A DNA stretch of 63,179 nt, the filler included, from Reticulomyxa filosa (lineage: Eukaryota; Protista; Foraminifera), in assembly GCA_000512085.1 (NCBI GenBank). It is 18 parts of 18 records of this genome, joined end to end, with 100 filler letters (N's around TTAATTAATTAA, not from the genome) between each part and the next. Parts side by side here need not be neighbours in the genome. Positions count along the whole stretch, not along the records: positions 33,579 to 38,115 come from ASPP01023608.1; positions 38,216 to 39,439 come from ASPP01047218.1; positions 39,540 to 42,239 come from ASPP01009634.1; positions 42,340 to 44,919 come from ASPP01018987.1; positions 45,020 to 46,954 come from ASPP01001628.1; positions 47,055 to 56,954 come from ASPP01021895.1; 12 more parts are not named here. The stretch is one strand, 5' to 3'. Under the pieces are notes generated by a model. The model was not told the origin of the DNA and searched no databases. It was given only the letters and a program-made list of their open reading frames with translations. Shown here piece after piece: positions 37,246 through 50,466 of this stretch (the stretch's first letter is position 1; each line of letters starts with the position of its first letter). The position numbers were made by a program, and so were the translations under genes.

Positions 37246-38215
37246 ACTTTCTGGCACAACAAGAGACGAGTTGCTTGCATTGTTTGGGGGCATGGTTGCT
37301 TTGTGTTTGTTTTTTGTATTATTGACATCAACCATTAACACTCCAGCAACTTTTGCACTTATCTCTTTAATTGATTTAACAAACCTCCACCTTTCATCGC
37401 ACTTGCCTATTTACGATGGCACCAAATGCGTATTGTACTTCCCCTCCTTATCTGGTTGAATTTAGTATCGAACATTTGCAAGTGTTTTAAAAAAAATTGA
37501 AATTTTTAATATTAGAAGGAATAGTTAATAAAATTCTGTAGCAAATACTTTCTAACTTGGTTAAGAGACCTTTCACTGACAACTTACAATTCGTGTGTTG
37601 TGTCAAAATTCTTTTGTGTAATGAAGATGATAAGAATTACACAGAATTTGATCATATTCAAAAAAGCAGTCCCACTCTTTTTGTTTCAAGTTCTTACCTA
37701 AAAAAATTCTGAACGTAAATCAAGCACATTTCCACCTTTGACCGGAATAAAATAATACATTTAAGCACTTTGTTTAAAAAATGAAAAAAATATGTGGTGT
37801 TGAGATAATCGTTGAAAATACAGTAAAACACAAAAGAAAGCCAATAACTAAAAATGATCTTAAAATTATATGTTTTCTCAATTAAAACATAACATTTAGA
37901 CAAACTCTTTTTTAAAAATATACAAATAGCGTAGTTTTAGTTTTTTATTAAATCTTTCATAATTGTTTGAATATTGTTAACTTTTTCACGAAAATTTTCA
38001 AAAATCAATAAAATAGTGACTGCATAGTACAGTAGGTTGCAAAGAAAACTGAACGCCTAAAACGATATACTATGATGATAATTGATTTTCTCAATGAAAA
38101 ATCAACATTTAGACCNNNNNNNNNNNNNNNNNNNNNNNNNNNNNNNNNNNNNNNNNNNNTTAATTAATTAANNNNNNNNNNNNNNNNNNNNNNNNNNNNN
38201 NNNNNNNNNNNNNNN

Positions 38216-38776
38216 ATCAATTGTTTCAAATCTTCAAAATAGTGTTCCCAATTTTTTTGCTCCATTTCACCGTGAAAATTTGGATCATTTGAGTCTTTTG
38301 GACACCATGTCATTTTCTTGTTTTCTTTTGTTATTTCCAAACATCTCTATTTTTTTTATTATTATTGTTTATTAATACTTTATTGTTTGCTTTTTTAAAG
38401 GAAGAGAGAAGACCACCATTTTTAATGTGTAGGATGTTGTCTTTTTATCTTTAATAAGCATATTCCAAAGATCAAAAAAATCGTCATCATTGTCGACATG
38501 ATCGTCAATATTATCTTTTTTTACCAAAAGAAATGAGGACATTGTCGCCAAATGGAACGTTTCTTTGATTGTATTCAACAACCCTTCCCAATTGCTCTCT
38601 TTCACACTCTCTGGCATTCTTCCATCATTTCGTAGGCCGGTTGCCTTAAATACTGCTTTTTCATGTCCACAGGATTCAATAGTAAAGTGTTTGTCCTTGT
38701 ATTTTGTTTACGTATTTTTTGAATCTACTCTATTTTTTAAAAACTTTTTGTGCACAAGAAAAAAGTGACTAACCAT
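38216..38776 (-). CDS. Hypothetical protein with repeated PB1/ubiquitin-like units, N-terminal fragment
   Basis: The ATG alone forms exon 1 (38774-38776), then DKHFTIES...NWEGLLNTIKETFHL...DDHVDNDDDFFDLW (acidic OPCA-like motif). A second unit begins ...NWEHYFEDLKQL. Confidence 0.55.
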
Positions 38777-39639
38777 TTTTTGTTTCTGTTTGGTGAATAT
38801 GTAAAAGCAATTTAGCAGTTACTAATGGAAAATGCTCAAAAGAACAAAAAGAAGGCGTCACTTAATTCTTGCTCTTGTAGAGGTTTTTTTGTTTTCTTTG
38901 TTGTCAACAACATTGTATCTCGTGCTGATGAAAAAAAATATTTAAATTTATCAATAAAAAATTACATTCATTTTATCATTGCAGATGTTAACAATTTTTT
39001 TAAGATCACTTTAGATAAATGTATAGAATTAACAGTCTAACTGGCTTTATTCAGAGTTATACGACTTTCCTTTTGTAAGCATAGTTTTTTAACTCTTTCA
39101 TAGTGAGGAAATACTTTCACACACTTCTACAAGCAATTTACTTAACATTTGGTAACTCGAATCGAACAAAGTTCATTGACTCACTCTTTTGGGTTGAAAA
39201 AAATAATTTTTTTAAAAATAGTTGATTGTAACCAAAGCAATAATTTGTGATTGCATCCAAGAGAGCAAACATGCTTTATTTGAAATATTGCGTTGAACGG
39301 TTTCAACGTTTTTGAAAAAGTTTCAAAGAGCTTTCCTTTTTAAAAACGCAAACTTGTTTTTCTTGTGTTGATGGTTTTTGTCATGACTGCTACTCATTGC
39401 AAGTAAGTCATTACTCTTTTTTAGTGTTGTAGATTGTTTNNNNNNNNNNNNNNNNNNNNNNNNNNNNNNNNNNNNNNNNNNNNTTAATTAATTAANNNNN
39501 NNNNNNNNNNNNNNNNNNNNNNNNNNNNNNNNNNNNNNNAAAATAAATGTATATGTATAATGTATAATGTATATACATATACATATATGTACATACAAAA
39601 GTGCAAAAAAAAAAAAAAAAAAAAACAAAAACTTTCTCC

Positions 39640-40648
39640 AATCGGATAAAAAAGTAAGCGGTTTATTGAACTTTTGCGCATAGGTGTTGACAACAAATTC
39701 CTGATAGGTGAAATATTGTTGGCGCAACTTCGCGTAATTTTTTTTCCATTGCTTGGTTTGTTGGATTAAATCGCGGTTTTTGGTTTTGATTTCCTCGTAC
39801 TCCAGCAGCTTCCTGTTGTATCTCTGAGACATTTGCGTCAAGTGTTTGCGCAGCGTTTCGATTTCGTGTTGCATCTTCACGGTGTGTTTGCTCCTGTTGC
39901 TGTCGCTCTTGCTATGGCTATGGCTATGGCTATGGCTGCTGACGCTGGTCGTGGTATTGGCCGAGATCGGCAAGCGTGTTGACTTGCCGGCATAAGTTTT
40001 TTGGTCATTTGTATGTCCACGTGGACGTCGCTCTCTGCGTTCGCTATTGCTTGTGATTAGTTTGGCTGCACAATTCAACTTTTCTTCTTCTTCTTCTTCT
40101 TCGTTTTCATTATCATCATTGTCATCATCTCTTCCTCCTTCCTCTTCGGTCTCATTATTGAGTTCATTTGCCTCTGTTGAAATATCTTCTTCTTCTTCTT
40201 CGTCTTCTTTTTCTTCTTCCTTAAAAACAGTCTCCTTCGACTTATGCTTCTTGACGAGCAACTTGTCCTCTTTGTTGCTTCGACTACGCTGCTGCAATGG
40301 ATGGCACGTCGTGCTCATCGCTGGTACGTGTTTACGCATATCTCTCAGAGACTGGTGGATGGTCAATGCGTTCAATGGACCCATCGTGTAACACGGATTT
40401 GCTCCGGGTGGTATATACATTGCTGGACCTCCGGCCGTCCACATACACCCTCCTGCCGCCATTTCGTGCACGTATGTCTGATGAGGGGGAGGATACAGGC
40501 CTGGGAGCATCACTTGCGGCACCGCTGCTACTTGCCCGCTTTCACACGCAAAACCATACGCCGGATCACACGTGTTATAATTATCCTTTTGTCCTGGAGA
40601 CGATTTTCGTTGTGTTTTTGTATGCTTCTTTCTTTGAAATGTCTCCAT
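39640..40648 (-). CDS. Hypothetical protein with P/G-rich, acidic and coiled-coil regions, 3' truncated
   Basis: Open frame of more than 330 codons with poly-E, (SH)n and a coiled coil. It ends in a T-rich intron at the contig end; upstream exons are possible. Confidence 0.7.
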
Positions 40649-40949
40649 GCTCTATGAATATAAATTTTGCTGTGGTGTTATGGAGTGAACTGTTCCGTTC
40701 ACCTATGTCAAGTTTTTTCACTCCAATTCAATCGCGTGTCATAAATTATACTTCGTTATTGTGAGAAAATACATTTAAAAGATTACATCTACTTGGTTTG
40801 GTTTTTGGTTTTGTTTTTTTGCTTGTAAGTCGTTCTAACTTTCTTGTTGTTTCCTCTCCAAATCTCATAATTTGGTCAAAGGAATTTTTTGCATTTTTGC
40901 TTGTTATCTTTTTCTTAACACAATTCTGCTGTATCAAGATATTAACAAT

Positions 40950-42239
40950 ATGGACTTTGGAAAAGGTTTGAGATTAGTGGACTTGGATCAAAGCATTAAA
41001 GGCGATGTAGTGATGCTAGACGGTACTTAAAAAGTTGTAATTTTTTGCAAAGAAAAAAATGGAAAGATATATACATATGACACCAACAAAATGTTTAATA
41101 GGCTTTGGAAATCCATTAAAACCTACCGTTTGTATCTCTCAAATTTTTATTCCTCCATACTTTAAAATTTTTGATGAAATTCAAAATGAACTACATAAGC
41201 AACAACCAAAACGAAAATAAATTCTTTTCATCAACACAAAAACAATATATTTGCAAAAGCAGACAGACAGCAACAACGAATCTGAAACAATACGTTCAAC
41301 AGAATTCAGCTGTAGCAGTTCACAAGACAAGAAAAAAGACAGTTCGTTTGAGTTGTCTAAGTCGGGTGCGATAATATTGCCAGACAAAGGGATTAAAATT
41401 AAGCAAGGGGTTCAAAAACTAAGTGGTGGTTCGTTCAACACGAACGAATCCAATAATGACGGAAATAGAAGCGATATTTTGAAAGATGTCAGTGAATTGA
41501 AAGAATTGGGGAATTTAGGTATGTTTGTTGCAAGATCGTTAATCATGTTGATATCATTCATCAATATCTTTTTTTTTTTTTGGTTGTTGCAGGGTCTGGA
41601 GCCTCCGGAACAGTAAAAAAAGCGTTGCACAAACCGACGAATCAAATATTAGCGGTGAAATGCATTAACTTTAATGAGAAAAACAAAAGAAAGCAATTTT
41701 GTGATGAGTTAATGCTTTTTTTGAACTTTAAGCACCCAAATATTGTTTCGTTCCGAGGTACATGTGTAGACGCCAAAAACGGACAAGTCCTAATTGGTTT
41801 GGAGTTTATGACCAATGGTTCTCTGGAAGATTTGATCAAACAATATAATAAGATCGCAGAGTCCGCAGCAAAGTCAATCTGCAAGGACTTGGTTGAGGCT
41901 CTATATTATTTGGAGCAAAGCAAGCTTATCCATCGGGACATAAAACCTGCAAACATTCTTTTAGATCAAAACTGTACAGCCAAACTGGCTGACTTTGGAA
42001 TTGCAAAAAGTTTGGAGTCTACCCACGGAACTATTATGGCAAAGACTCAAATTGGTACGATGGTTTACATGAGTCCTGAAAGAATGATGGGAGAAGAATT
42101 TTCGTTTAGTTTTCGATTTAGTTTATTTTATTCAAACTCACAAACAAAAATAATTTTTTTTTTTTTTTTTTTTTTTGGAATTTCATTACAGTTATCAAAG
42201 CGATATTTGGTCATTTGGACTGTCAATCATGACAAGTCT
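40950..42239 (+). CDS. MAP kinase kinase (STE7/MEK family), 3' truncated
   Basis: LGSGASGTV, LAVK, HRDIKPANILL, DFG, GTMVYMSPERM and SDIWSFGL are the MAP2K signature. The N-terminal exons MDFGKGL.../GFGNPLKPT/QTDSNN join in frame through GT-AG introns. Confidence 0.92.
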
Positions 42240-42579
42240 NNNNNNNNNNNNNNNNNNNNNNNNNNNNNNNNNNNNNNNNNNNNTTAATTAATTAANNNNN
42301 NNNNNNNNNNNNNNNNNNNNNNNNNNNNNNNNNNNNNNNTTCGTTAATGTTGTTAAATTTTTTTAAGTTTTAAACTTTTTTAAGTTTTAAACTTTTTTAA
42401 AAAGGGACGTGGTATAACCCTTTTGAAAAAAAAAAAAAAGGTGTCTTACGTGGCAGTATGTAATACATAAAAACAGTGACTTAAATAAAAGACAATCAAG
42501 TATCTTAATAATAAATTATTGAAGGATAAAGTTTTTTTCAATAATAAATTTACAAAATTGTGTGGTATCAAATGATTTT

Positions 42580-43426
42580 TGCCCTAAAATATCGACCCAC
42601 TTGAAAAATACATAAAGATATTCCCAAATGGATCAAACAAAATATTGAAAATAAAAATCTTGCACTATTCAAAGTCGTCATTAAAGTGGAAAGAAGTGGA
42701 ATATCACATAGCAATATTTCCACAAAGTCATTACACATTGCCGCAATTTTTTTAGCACTGTCTCCACCTTCAATGATATCATATGTGAGCGTGATTTAAT
42801 TTGCATTTTTTTTTGTTTTGTTTTCTTTTTTTTAAATGAAAAAAAATATTAATTTAAAAAACCTAGATTTATCATTCCATTAAATGAGCCACTTAGATTA
42901 TTTGTCCTAATCATTCGGCTTGTTCCATCATTTTTTGTTTCAATGCCAGTTTGGTCTACAAGTTTTTTGTTTTGGTTTGTTTATTTACACGTTATTGTTA
43001 TTACTGGTATTAATTTATTTATTATTATTATTATTATTGTTGTATTTATTTCGACCTTTATAAGTGCTGCAAATTTTGTCTATTGCGTCTGATGCAGTTG
43101 CCTCACTGTAACGTTGGTTCAAAGCTTTTTGAACACGCTTGCCCTGTTTAGTGTTGTTGGTCGTCCCCTTTTTAAAAAATTATCATCGCAATTCAAACAG
43201 AACACCATTAATCAATAAAGTCTCCAACTTTACTGTCAATGCGCGATGAGGTCTTTTTACGTTCGTGTGGGACAGATTGAAGTCGGCTTTCCACGTCTAC
43301 AAGAAAGTTTTGGCAAACGTCGCAATATAGACTTTTATCACTCAAAGATGTATATTTCTTTGGAATGTCGCAATTGCTCACTAATGCCAGCACTTCAAGA
43401 GTCACTAGTATCCAAATCAAACGCAT
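42580..43426 (-). CDS. Canopy (CNPY)-like secreted/ER saposin-fold protein
   Basis: Signal peptide, then LYCDVCQNFLVDVE...SSRIDSKGK...RYSEATASDAIDKIC...AAMCNDF, matching the CNPY cysteine pattern. The 3' end is approximate. Confidence 0.75.
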
Positions 43427-43847
43427 TTTTTAAAAAAATGAGAGGATTTTTTTTTGTCTGTGGGGCTACTTGTTTTTTTGAAGAAAAGAGACACGCGCAT
43501 TTCTTGGTCATTATTTCCATAAAAAATTATTTAGCGCTGTAAATTTCTTATTTTTCCGCCATCATTTGTGGGCTAATAGTATTTCAAATTTGTAAATCAG
43601 TTACATTTTTTTTTGAAGAACAAGTTCATCTTAAAGATATAAAGAATACTTTGATCAAAGCTAAACAAAAGTTAGATTCTTTGAGTTACTTTGTTTCCCT
43701 TGCAATTGTATTTAATCTTCAGTTGAGTAAAATAATGATAACAAATGAATAAAAAGTAATAACTGAGTTTCAAGGGAATTTTTCCGGGGGGGGATTAGAC
43801 AATGTTAGGGGGGAGGGATGAGGGAGGGAAAAAAAAACCACAGGGCA

Positions 43848-44492
43848 ATGGTATTAATTCCAGTAATATTTGTAAATCTATTATGTGTATTTTTGCCCGT
43901 TGTGGTCTCATCATCAGATCCAACATCAATATATGCCTGGACTTTGACAGACGCACTTCCAAAAGACTTGGTTCAGGCCAGTAGCGCGTTTGGTTACGAC
44001 AAAGCGCGTGACCCTTACAAGGTGTATATAGTTGGCGGGACCCCGAATGAGTCCTTGCACTTGGTGTGGGACATAAGGAACGGTTCGACGCAAGTGTTGA
44101 AAGAGATGTTGTTGAACGTGACGACGGACAAGTCGGTGACGATAAGTGGGCGAATGTATTTTTTGAACAACGAGTATCCGAATAATTTTTACCAGTATAA
44201 TTTGGATACAAATATTTTGTCCAACTTACCCAAGCCAAAGTATGCACTTCCTCATAGTTGTATCACGCACAATGAATCACATATTTTTTTGCTTGGCGGC
44301 GACAACGAACAAAGAGGAGGTTCTTCTGTTACAAAAAAGTTGCAAGTGTATGACACATTGCAACATCGTTGGAGTGTAAGTGCAAACATTGAAATGAAAT
44401 ACGTGCGACATTCCTTTGCATGTGAGTACTCGTCATTGTGGAACAGTATCTTCATATTTGGGGGCATCGCTATAATACCTTTGAACAATTCA

Positions 44493-44551
<59 letters not shown>

Positions 44552-44919
44552 TGTGTCAGTCGTGTGGATGAATGACGTGGAAGTTGTTAGTCTGATATCG
44601 TCATCATCATCATCGAATGATAATGAAAATGAGAATGTAACAAATAAGGTCGCACAAGTGCAGCTGCGGAATCGTACGATATTGCATCAAAGTATATTGG
44701 TGGGTGACGTGATTTATGTGACTGGAGGAAAGATCCTATTGCCTACCAATGACACGTCTGTGCCCACAGATGTGGTTCAAGGGTTTGACCTGACCAATCT
44801 GACCATGACGACCTTTCAGGGTCGACTCAACTTCCCTCGCGACAGTCACAATGTTCTTTACTTGGCTTCGTCGGATCGTCCCACTTGGCCAGCCCTCTTC
44901 GTCTTTGGCGGAAGTGACC
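43848..44919 (+). CDS. Secreted Kelch-repeat protein, 3' truncated
   Basis: N-terminal signal peptide; Kelch motifs VYIVGG, IFLLGG..YD..W, IFIFGG, IYVTGG and LFVFGG; poly-N insert. Confidence 0.85.
44493..44549 (+). repeat. (AAT)n microsatellite encoding poly-Asn
   Basis: Perfect trinucleotide run in a Kelch loop. Similar runs occur at ~33452-33478 and ~47660-47700. Confidence 0.9.
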
Positions 44920-45019
44920 NNNNNNNNNNNNNNNNNNNNNNNNNNNNNNNNNNNNNNNNNNNNTTAATTAATTAANNNNNNNNNNNNNNNNNNNNNNNNN
45001 NNNNNNNNNNNNNNNNNNN

Positions 45020-45290
45020 TAATCAATACTCCGCACAATGTTTGTATGTCCAGTGAATATATTAATTAATTTGGATGACGAACGAAATATATCAAACATG
45101 AATACAGTAGACACCTATGTTAAATAATATTGGAATAGTTTGACTAGTATTTAAAAAAAGGAAGAACAAATGAACTAACATAATTGACAACGAGTTTATC
45201 AAAATCTTTGATCCATCCTAGTTTAATATTTAATGTTCGAATCCAATGATGAATAACGATTTGGGTCTCTTTTTCTTCTTTTGACTGTTT
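45020..45290 (-). CDS. WD40-repeat protein of an expanded lineage-specific family, N-terminal exons (not in the ORF track)
   Basis: Hand translation gives KQSKEEKETQIVIHHWIRTLNIKLGWIKDFDKLVVNY, a GT-AG intron, then VSTVFMFDIFRSSSKLINIFTGHTNIVRSID (GH at the start of a WD repeat). Confidence 0.8.
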
Positions 45291-47054
45291 CTATCATAAA
45301 GCAAATGATAAAAACAATAATAATGAAAACCTAAAAATACAACTTAAACGAAACTTTCATTACTAAGATAAGTTTTTTTTTTTCTTGAGATGAGCTTTGA
45401 TTATGTAAAGATGATGAAAAAGATGCTTAATTTTTTTTTTTTTAAGACCACGAAGGGTCAATAAAAAATTGAAATGAATTTGTTTTATTTAATAAATATA
45501 AACTTTGTAGTGAGAAATAAGTGTTTCATTTTGTAAAGCGTTAGCATCCATTATTTGTACATATTATTTTTTTCTATTGGACAGAATTCTTCTTTTTATC
45601 ATTGCAAAAAGTTTACAAATTTCTAAAACTCTACAAAGAGAATATGAGTATAGGTAATGAAAGAAAATGAAGGACTTTTAATTTTTTAGTATTTTTGTTT
45701 TTTACTAGCAAACAAGGCTTTGTTTCTCCATAAAAAAAAATGTTTTGGGGTCAACAAGAATTTACTCAAAATTATAGGAAATGTGCAATATCGTTGTCTC
45801 ATAATTTTCAAAAACGCAAAAGGGGGAACAAAAATTCAGTAGAATTTTACTTTTCATAATCACCAGCATCTCAGTAACGTTTTTCCCTTTAAAATGTAAT
45901 TCAGTAATCCATCAACTATGGTTTTTTTCTGCACATTCTGCAAAAAGGAATGAGATTTTTTGTATATCTCATTTATTTATTTTTGACACGTATTTGAGTG
46001 TTGAATTATTTGGAAAGTCAGTATTGTTCTGAATAAAACAATCAATGGATTATTACTTAATACATCAAGATACCTATTATTACATGTTGATCTAATTATT
46101 TCTTTTTTTTTTTGGATTAAAAAATTACAAATCGGAAAATTGCTTTTTTTTCTTCCAAGCTTTTCAAATCAAAAACAGAAGGACATTGTTGGTTCAAACC
46201 GTTTGGTTGTAATCATACATGCTTTAATCACAATTTAAAACATCATCTAATTGTAAATATAAATTTACATTTTGATTTAGTCACTAAATTATTCCAATCT
46301 ATAAAACAAAAACTTCAATTGAAAAATAATCGAATTAAACAAGTATCGTGCAGAAATTAAAAATGATTAAAAAAGATTTCATTGATAAAAAAAAACAAAT
46401 ATTATCTAATTACGAAAAATTGTTAAATCATTGCATATACAAATACTGTATTGTTGTTGAATATCCATTTGTAATGAAAAATAATAGTAAGTTATTGGAA
46501 ATGTGATATGTTCTGAAGCACATGATAATATAATTCGATTTTGGAATATTGACTATTTGATCAATTACACAAGAACGCCTGAAATGTATAAATACTTTTC
46601 TCTATGAGAATCACCCCAAAGATAATAATCATATTTCGAATATCTTTTTTATTTGTTTTGTTCCATCTGCAATGATTCACTATTGGTTTGGGTAAAATTT
46701 TCATACAGAATCAATATAATTCATTTCAAATTATATGTATTAATTTAAAAAACTGTATCTGTTGTGTTCTTTAAAAAGATTCAATGATAATAGAAAAGAT
46801 GTTATTATGAATTAATACAAAGACAATTGTGATCGATAATATACAAAAAACATAATACTTGAAATATCTTGCAATTTATTTTGAAATTTGGATACAATTT
46901 TCATTTATTTTGCTTTGAATTCTTTAAAAAACATTGAAAGCAACTTTTTTAATANNNNNNNNNNNNNNNNNNNNNNNNNNNNNNNNNNNNNNNNNNNNTT
47001 AATTAATTAANNNNNNNNNNNNNNNNNNNNNNNNNNNNNNNNNNNNNNNNNNNN

Positions 47055-47657
47055 AAGAAGAAGAAGAAGAAGAAGAGAAGAAAATGCCAACAATAACGAC
47101 GATACCCAATGTGAGCAAAGAGATACCGAAAAAAGAACTGATCCATTTAGTGCATAAAGGCATTACTTGCGACGAATGTGGTGAGCTGCCCATCATTGGA
47201 GTGCGCTTCAAGTGTTTGATGTGCAAAGATTATGACATTTGCGAAAAATGCGAAAAGGCGAGCACGCACGACAAGTCGCATAGCATGGTCAAAATGTACC
47301 AAGCATGCAAGGAATGGCCTTTGGACAAAATGGATGGCTTGCAGCAGATCATTCGAGACAACACCAAGTCCTTGTCCGGCACCAGCATGCTCCCTTTTTA
47401 TCATCCTTTGTATTACCCTTATTTCGGTGGTCGCCACTTCCCTCCAAGCCAAAAAGACCGCGAAAAGTATGGCGCCCCAATGACGACCAATGGTCGTGTC
47501 GTCCAGAACCCGGACTTGGACTTGCGCTCGGACGCGGAATCGGACTCGGACTTGTTACCAGGAACGAGGACCACTCGAGGATATGAATACGAAGAAAATG
47601 AAATAGATGACACACCTGGAGAGGTTATGGATAACGCTAATTATTATTCCGCCGAAC

Positions 47658-47700
<43 letters not shown>

Positions 47701-50466
47701 TAATGAAAATAAAACGTCCAAGATATATGTGGGCACGGTCGACGAACCGGGCAGTGGTCCCATGATGCAAAGCATGACAATGACACTTAGCATGATGCAA
47801 CAGCAAATGAAAGAAATACAAAACATGCAACAAAAAATGATGGAAGAGTCGCAAGTGTGGGTCGACCCAAAGAAAAGGGACAATCAGGAACCAGTTGCCT
47901 CTGCGCAAGGACAAATGGACGAGCCCATTGCCAAAGAGGCCTCCACGTACAACAACAACAACAACAACACGAAATCGCAAAAAGAAAAGAAGTTGTCGTC
48001 GAGTCAAGTTGAAAAAGCAAGAAAAGAAGAAGAAGAAGAAGAAGAAGAAGATGGTAATGATGGCGATAACAGAAATGAAGAAATCGAGGCATACAAGCCC
48101 AGCAAACATAATGTGGAAGACAAATTGGATCAAGAGGAACGCGATCGACAAGAATTGGAAGAGTTGCTGCGACAAGAAAGAGAAAGAGAAAAAGAGAGGG
48201 AACGAGAGCGGGAGGACAATGAATCAAAGAAACGAAAGCTCGTGCAAGACGTCAGTGGGGATGGAGATTCGCAACGACAAATGGAACAAGAGCTGCTGCA
48301 AAAGTTGGTGGAATTAAACGCCAGCCAAGAAAAAGAACGAGAAAAGCAAGAAGAAATTCAAAAAAATAATGAACTCATTCAATCCATTCTGAAAGATTGG
48401 AATCGCCAAATGGAAGAGACAAAAAAGAAAGAAGAGCAGGTTTTTTCCAACTGTTACATACGTATACTGTTTTTAATGTTGGAGATGGAAGAGGGAAGAG
48501 AGAGAGAGAAAAAAAAAGAACCCACATAACTTGAAAGTTGTTATATACAATTTTTAAAAAAGAATGACTAGTTGTTTTTTTTTTTTTTTGTAACAACAAT
48601 AATATATATATATATATTAGATGGCATTAGAAGCGCTTCTGCAGTCCACAGCACAAGGACAAAAAGAAAACGATACATATGCGCTTCATCATTTGGACAG
48701 CTCGTTATTGAAAAATCTCGAAGAAAAGCGCGACAAAGCGAAGAGACAAGACGAAGATACAGCCCGGCCCAATTCCAATCAAAACAGTGCCTTGCGAGAT
48801 TTGGAAATGTTACGCAGTCGCAACAAAGCGAATGAGCCTTTGTCAAATCTCGATGCGATCCTTGCGAACAAAAAGTCGGCGGCGGACCCGAAACTAAACG
48901 ATCCTGGAACTGTGCTTAAGCCGTATGACGCTGAAGTTGTGACGGAAGCCGCGTTGGGCGATGTAAAACCAAATGCCAATGCGACAATGTCTTGGAATGT
49001 GAAGAACACAGGCAGATATCCTTTTGACAGCCAATGCAAGTTGGCATTTGTAGACGGGGATGGCTTGCTGGTGAACGGATACAGCATTCCCAATTGTCAG
49101 CCTGGTGCGTATGTATGGATAAATGTGTCGTTTAACGCGTTCCGAACACCCGGTGCATATGAAACCTTTTTCCGATTGACGCACGATAACATTCAATTTG
49201 GACCTCGCTTACATGTAAAAATGAATGTCGTTACAGATGTTGTTCCAAAACAGAAACCCGAGGACGCAAATAATAATGCACGCATTGAAAATGAGGAAAA
49301 AAGTGGGTTCCCTTTGCAACCTTCTCGATCGATGGTGATGCAATCGCAACCTCCAAACAATGGCCAGTTTGTCCAGTCTCAGCAAATGCCCATGCAACCC
49401 CAGTATCAATACATCCCTTCTTATCCACCTTCTCAACCTCCTTATCATTATCCTCCAATGGTATGTTTTGTAACATGTATTGAGGATCACTCACTGCACT
49501 AAAAGAACGGACGATTCAACGCATCATTTATTTTTTGTTTGTTAATTTCTGGATTTGTCCCAACATATTACACACACACACACACACACAAATTGGACTC
49601 AATTTTTCTTACAGTATGGCATGCAACCACCAATGCATGTGCCGAATATGAACAACTCGTATTACAACCCTCCACATCAACCGTTAATGTCCCACATGGA
49701 TAACAGTGCAAAAGATGCTTACCCTCCACAAGATCCAAATGCTTCAGTAATGATGTCATCGTTCGTGAATAACAATAATAACAATGCTAGCAGTAATAAC
49801 AATAATGTCAATCTTCCCCTCTCAGCTGTACCGCCAACGAATCCTAAAATATCTCCAGATAACGTGGCACCGGTAGTGGAGTCCAAACCTGTCAAGGATG
49901 ATGTACTGTTATGTGTTTGTGGAAAAGAATTGACGTTTATGGAAGTTAAAGAAGCCTACAAAGCGAATCGAAAAGTTTATTGCGATGTGTGTAAGCAACA
50001 GGAAAGAAATCACGTGTGGCATTGCATGGGTGGCTATGACAAAAATGCACACCCTGGCGGTTTTGACATGTGTGCTGCATGTGCAACTCAACAATTAGGA
50101 CGTGCGCCTGTCATTGATTCGTCCAAAAATCAAGGATTTGATAAACAGAAACCTTCGAATTCAAATATTCCTTTAGATACAGACAAAGGCGCACCTTATC
50201 CCATCTTGGAAAAACCATCTGCTCCGCCCGAGTCAAACCCATCAGCATTTGCGTTCACTGATGCTGATGCGAAATTCATGTACCCCATTCAACTGCGCCA
50301 ATTAATTGAAATGGGATTTGATCGAGAAAAAATTCGACGGCTGTTGTTGCAGCATCGCGGAGACATGAGCATAACATTAGGGGTAAGTTTCACTTATTTA
50401 TTTTTGTTTGCTTTTTTATATTGTGGTGATGTTTGTGTCGAATAGGAATTGATGGGAAACGAGTGA
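47055..50466 (+). CDS. NBR1: NBR1-like selective autophagy receptor (ZZ - coiled coil - FW/NBR1 - ZZ-like - UBA), 5' truncated
   Basis: ZZ: HKGITCDECGELPIIGVRFKCLMCKDYDICEKC. FW domain: WNVKNTGRYPF...PGAYETFFRL..FGPRL. A second Zn finger, then UBA LRQLIEMGFDRE..LLLQHRGD. Stop at 50464-50466. Confidence 0.88.

Noticed and set aside
10040-44095. GGTTCGA T-loop-like words (~10048, ~30184, ~44082) as tRNAs
   Set aside because: All lie within coding exons and have no cloverleaf context.
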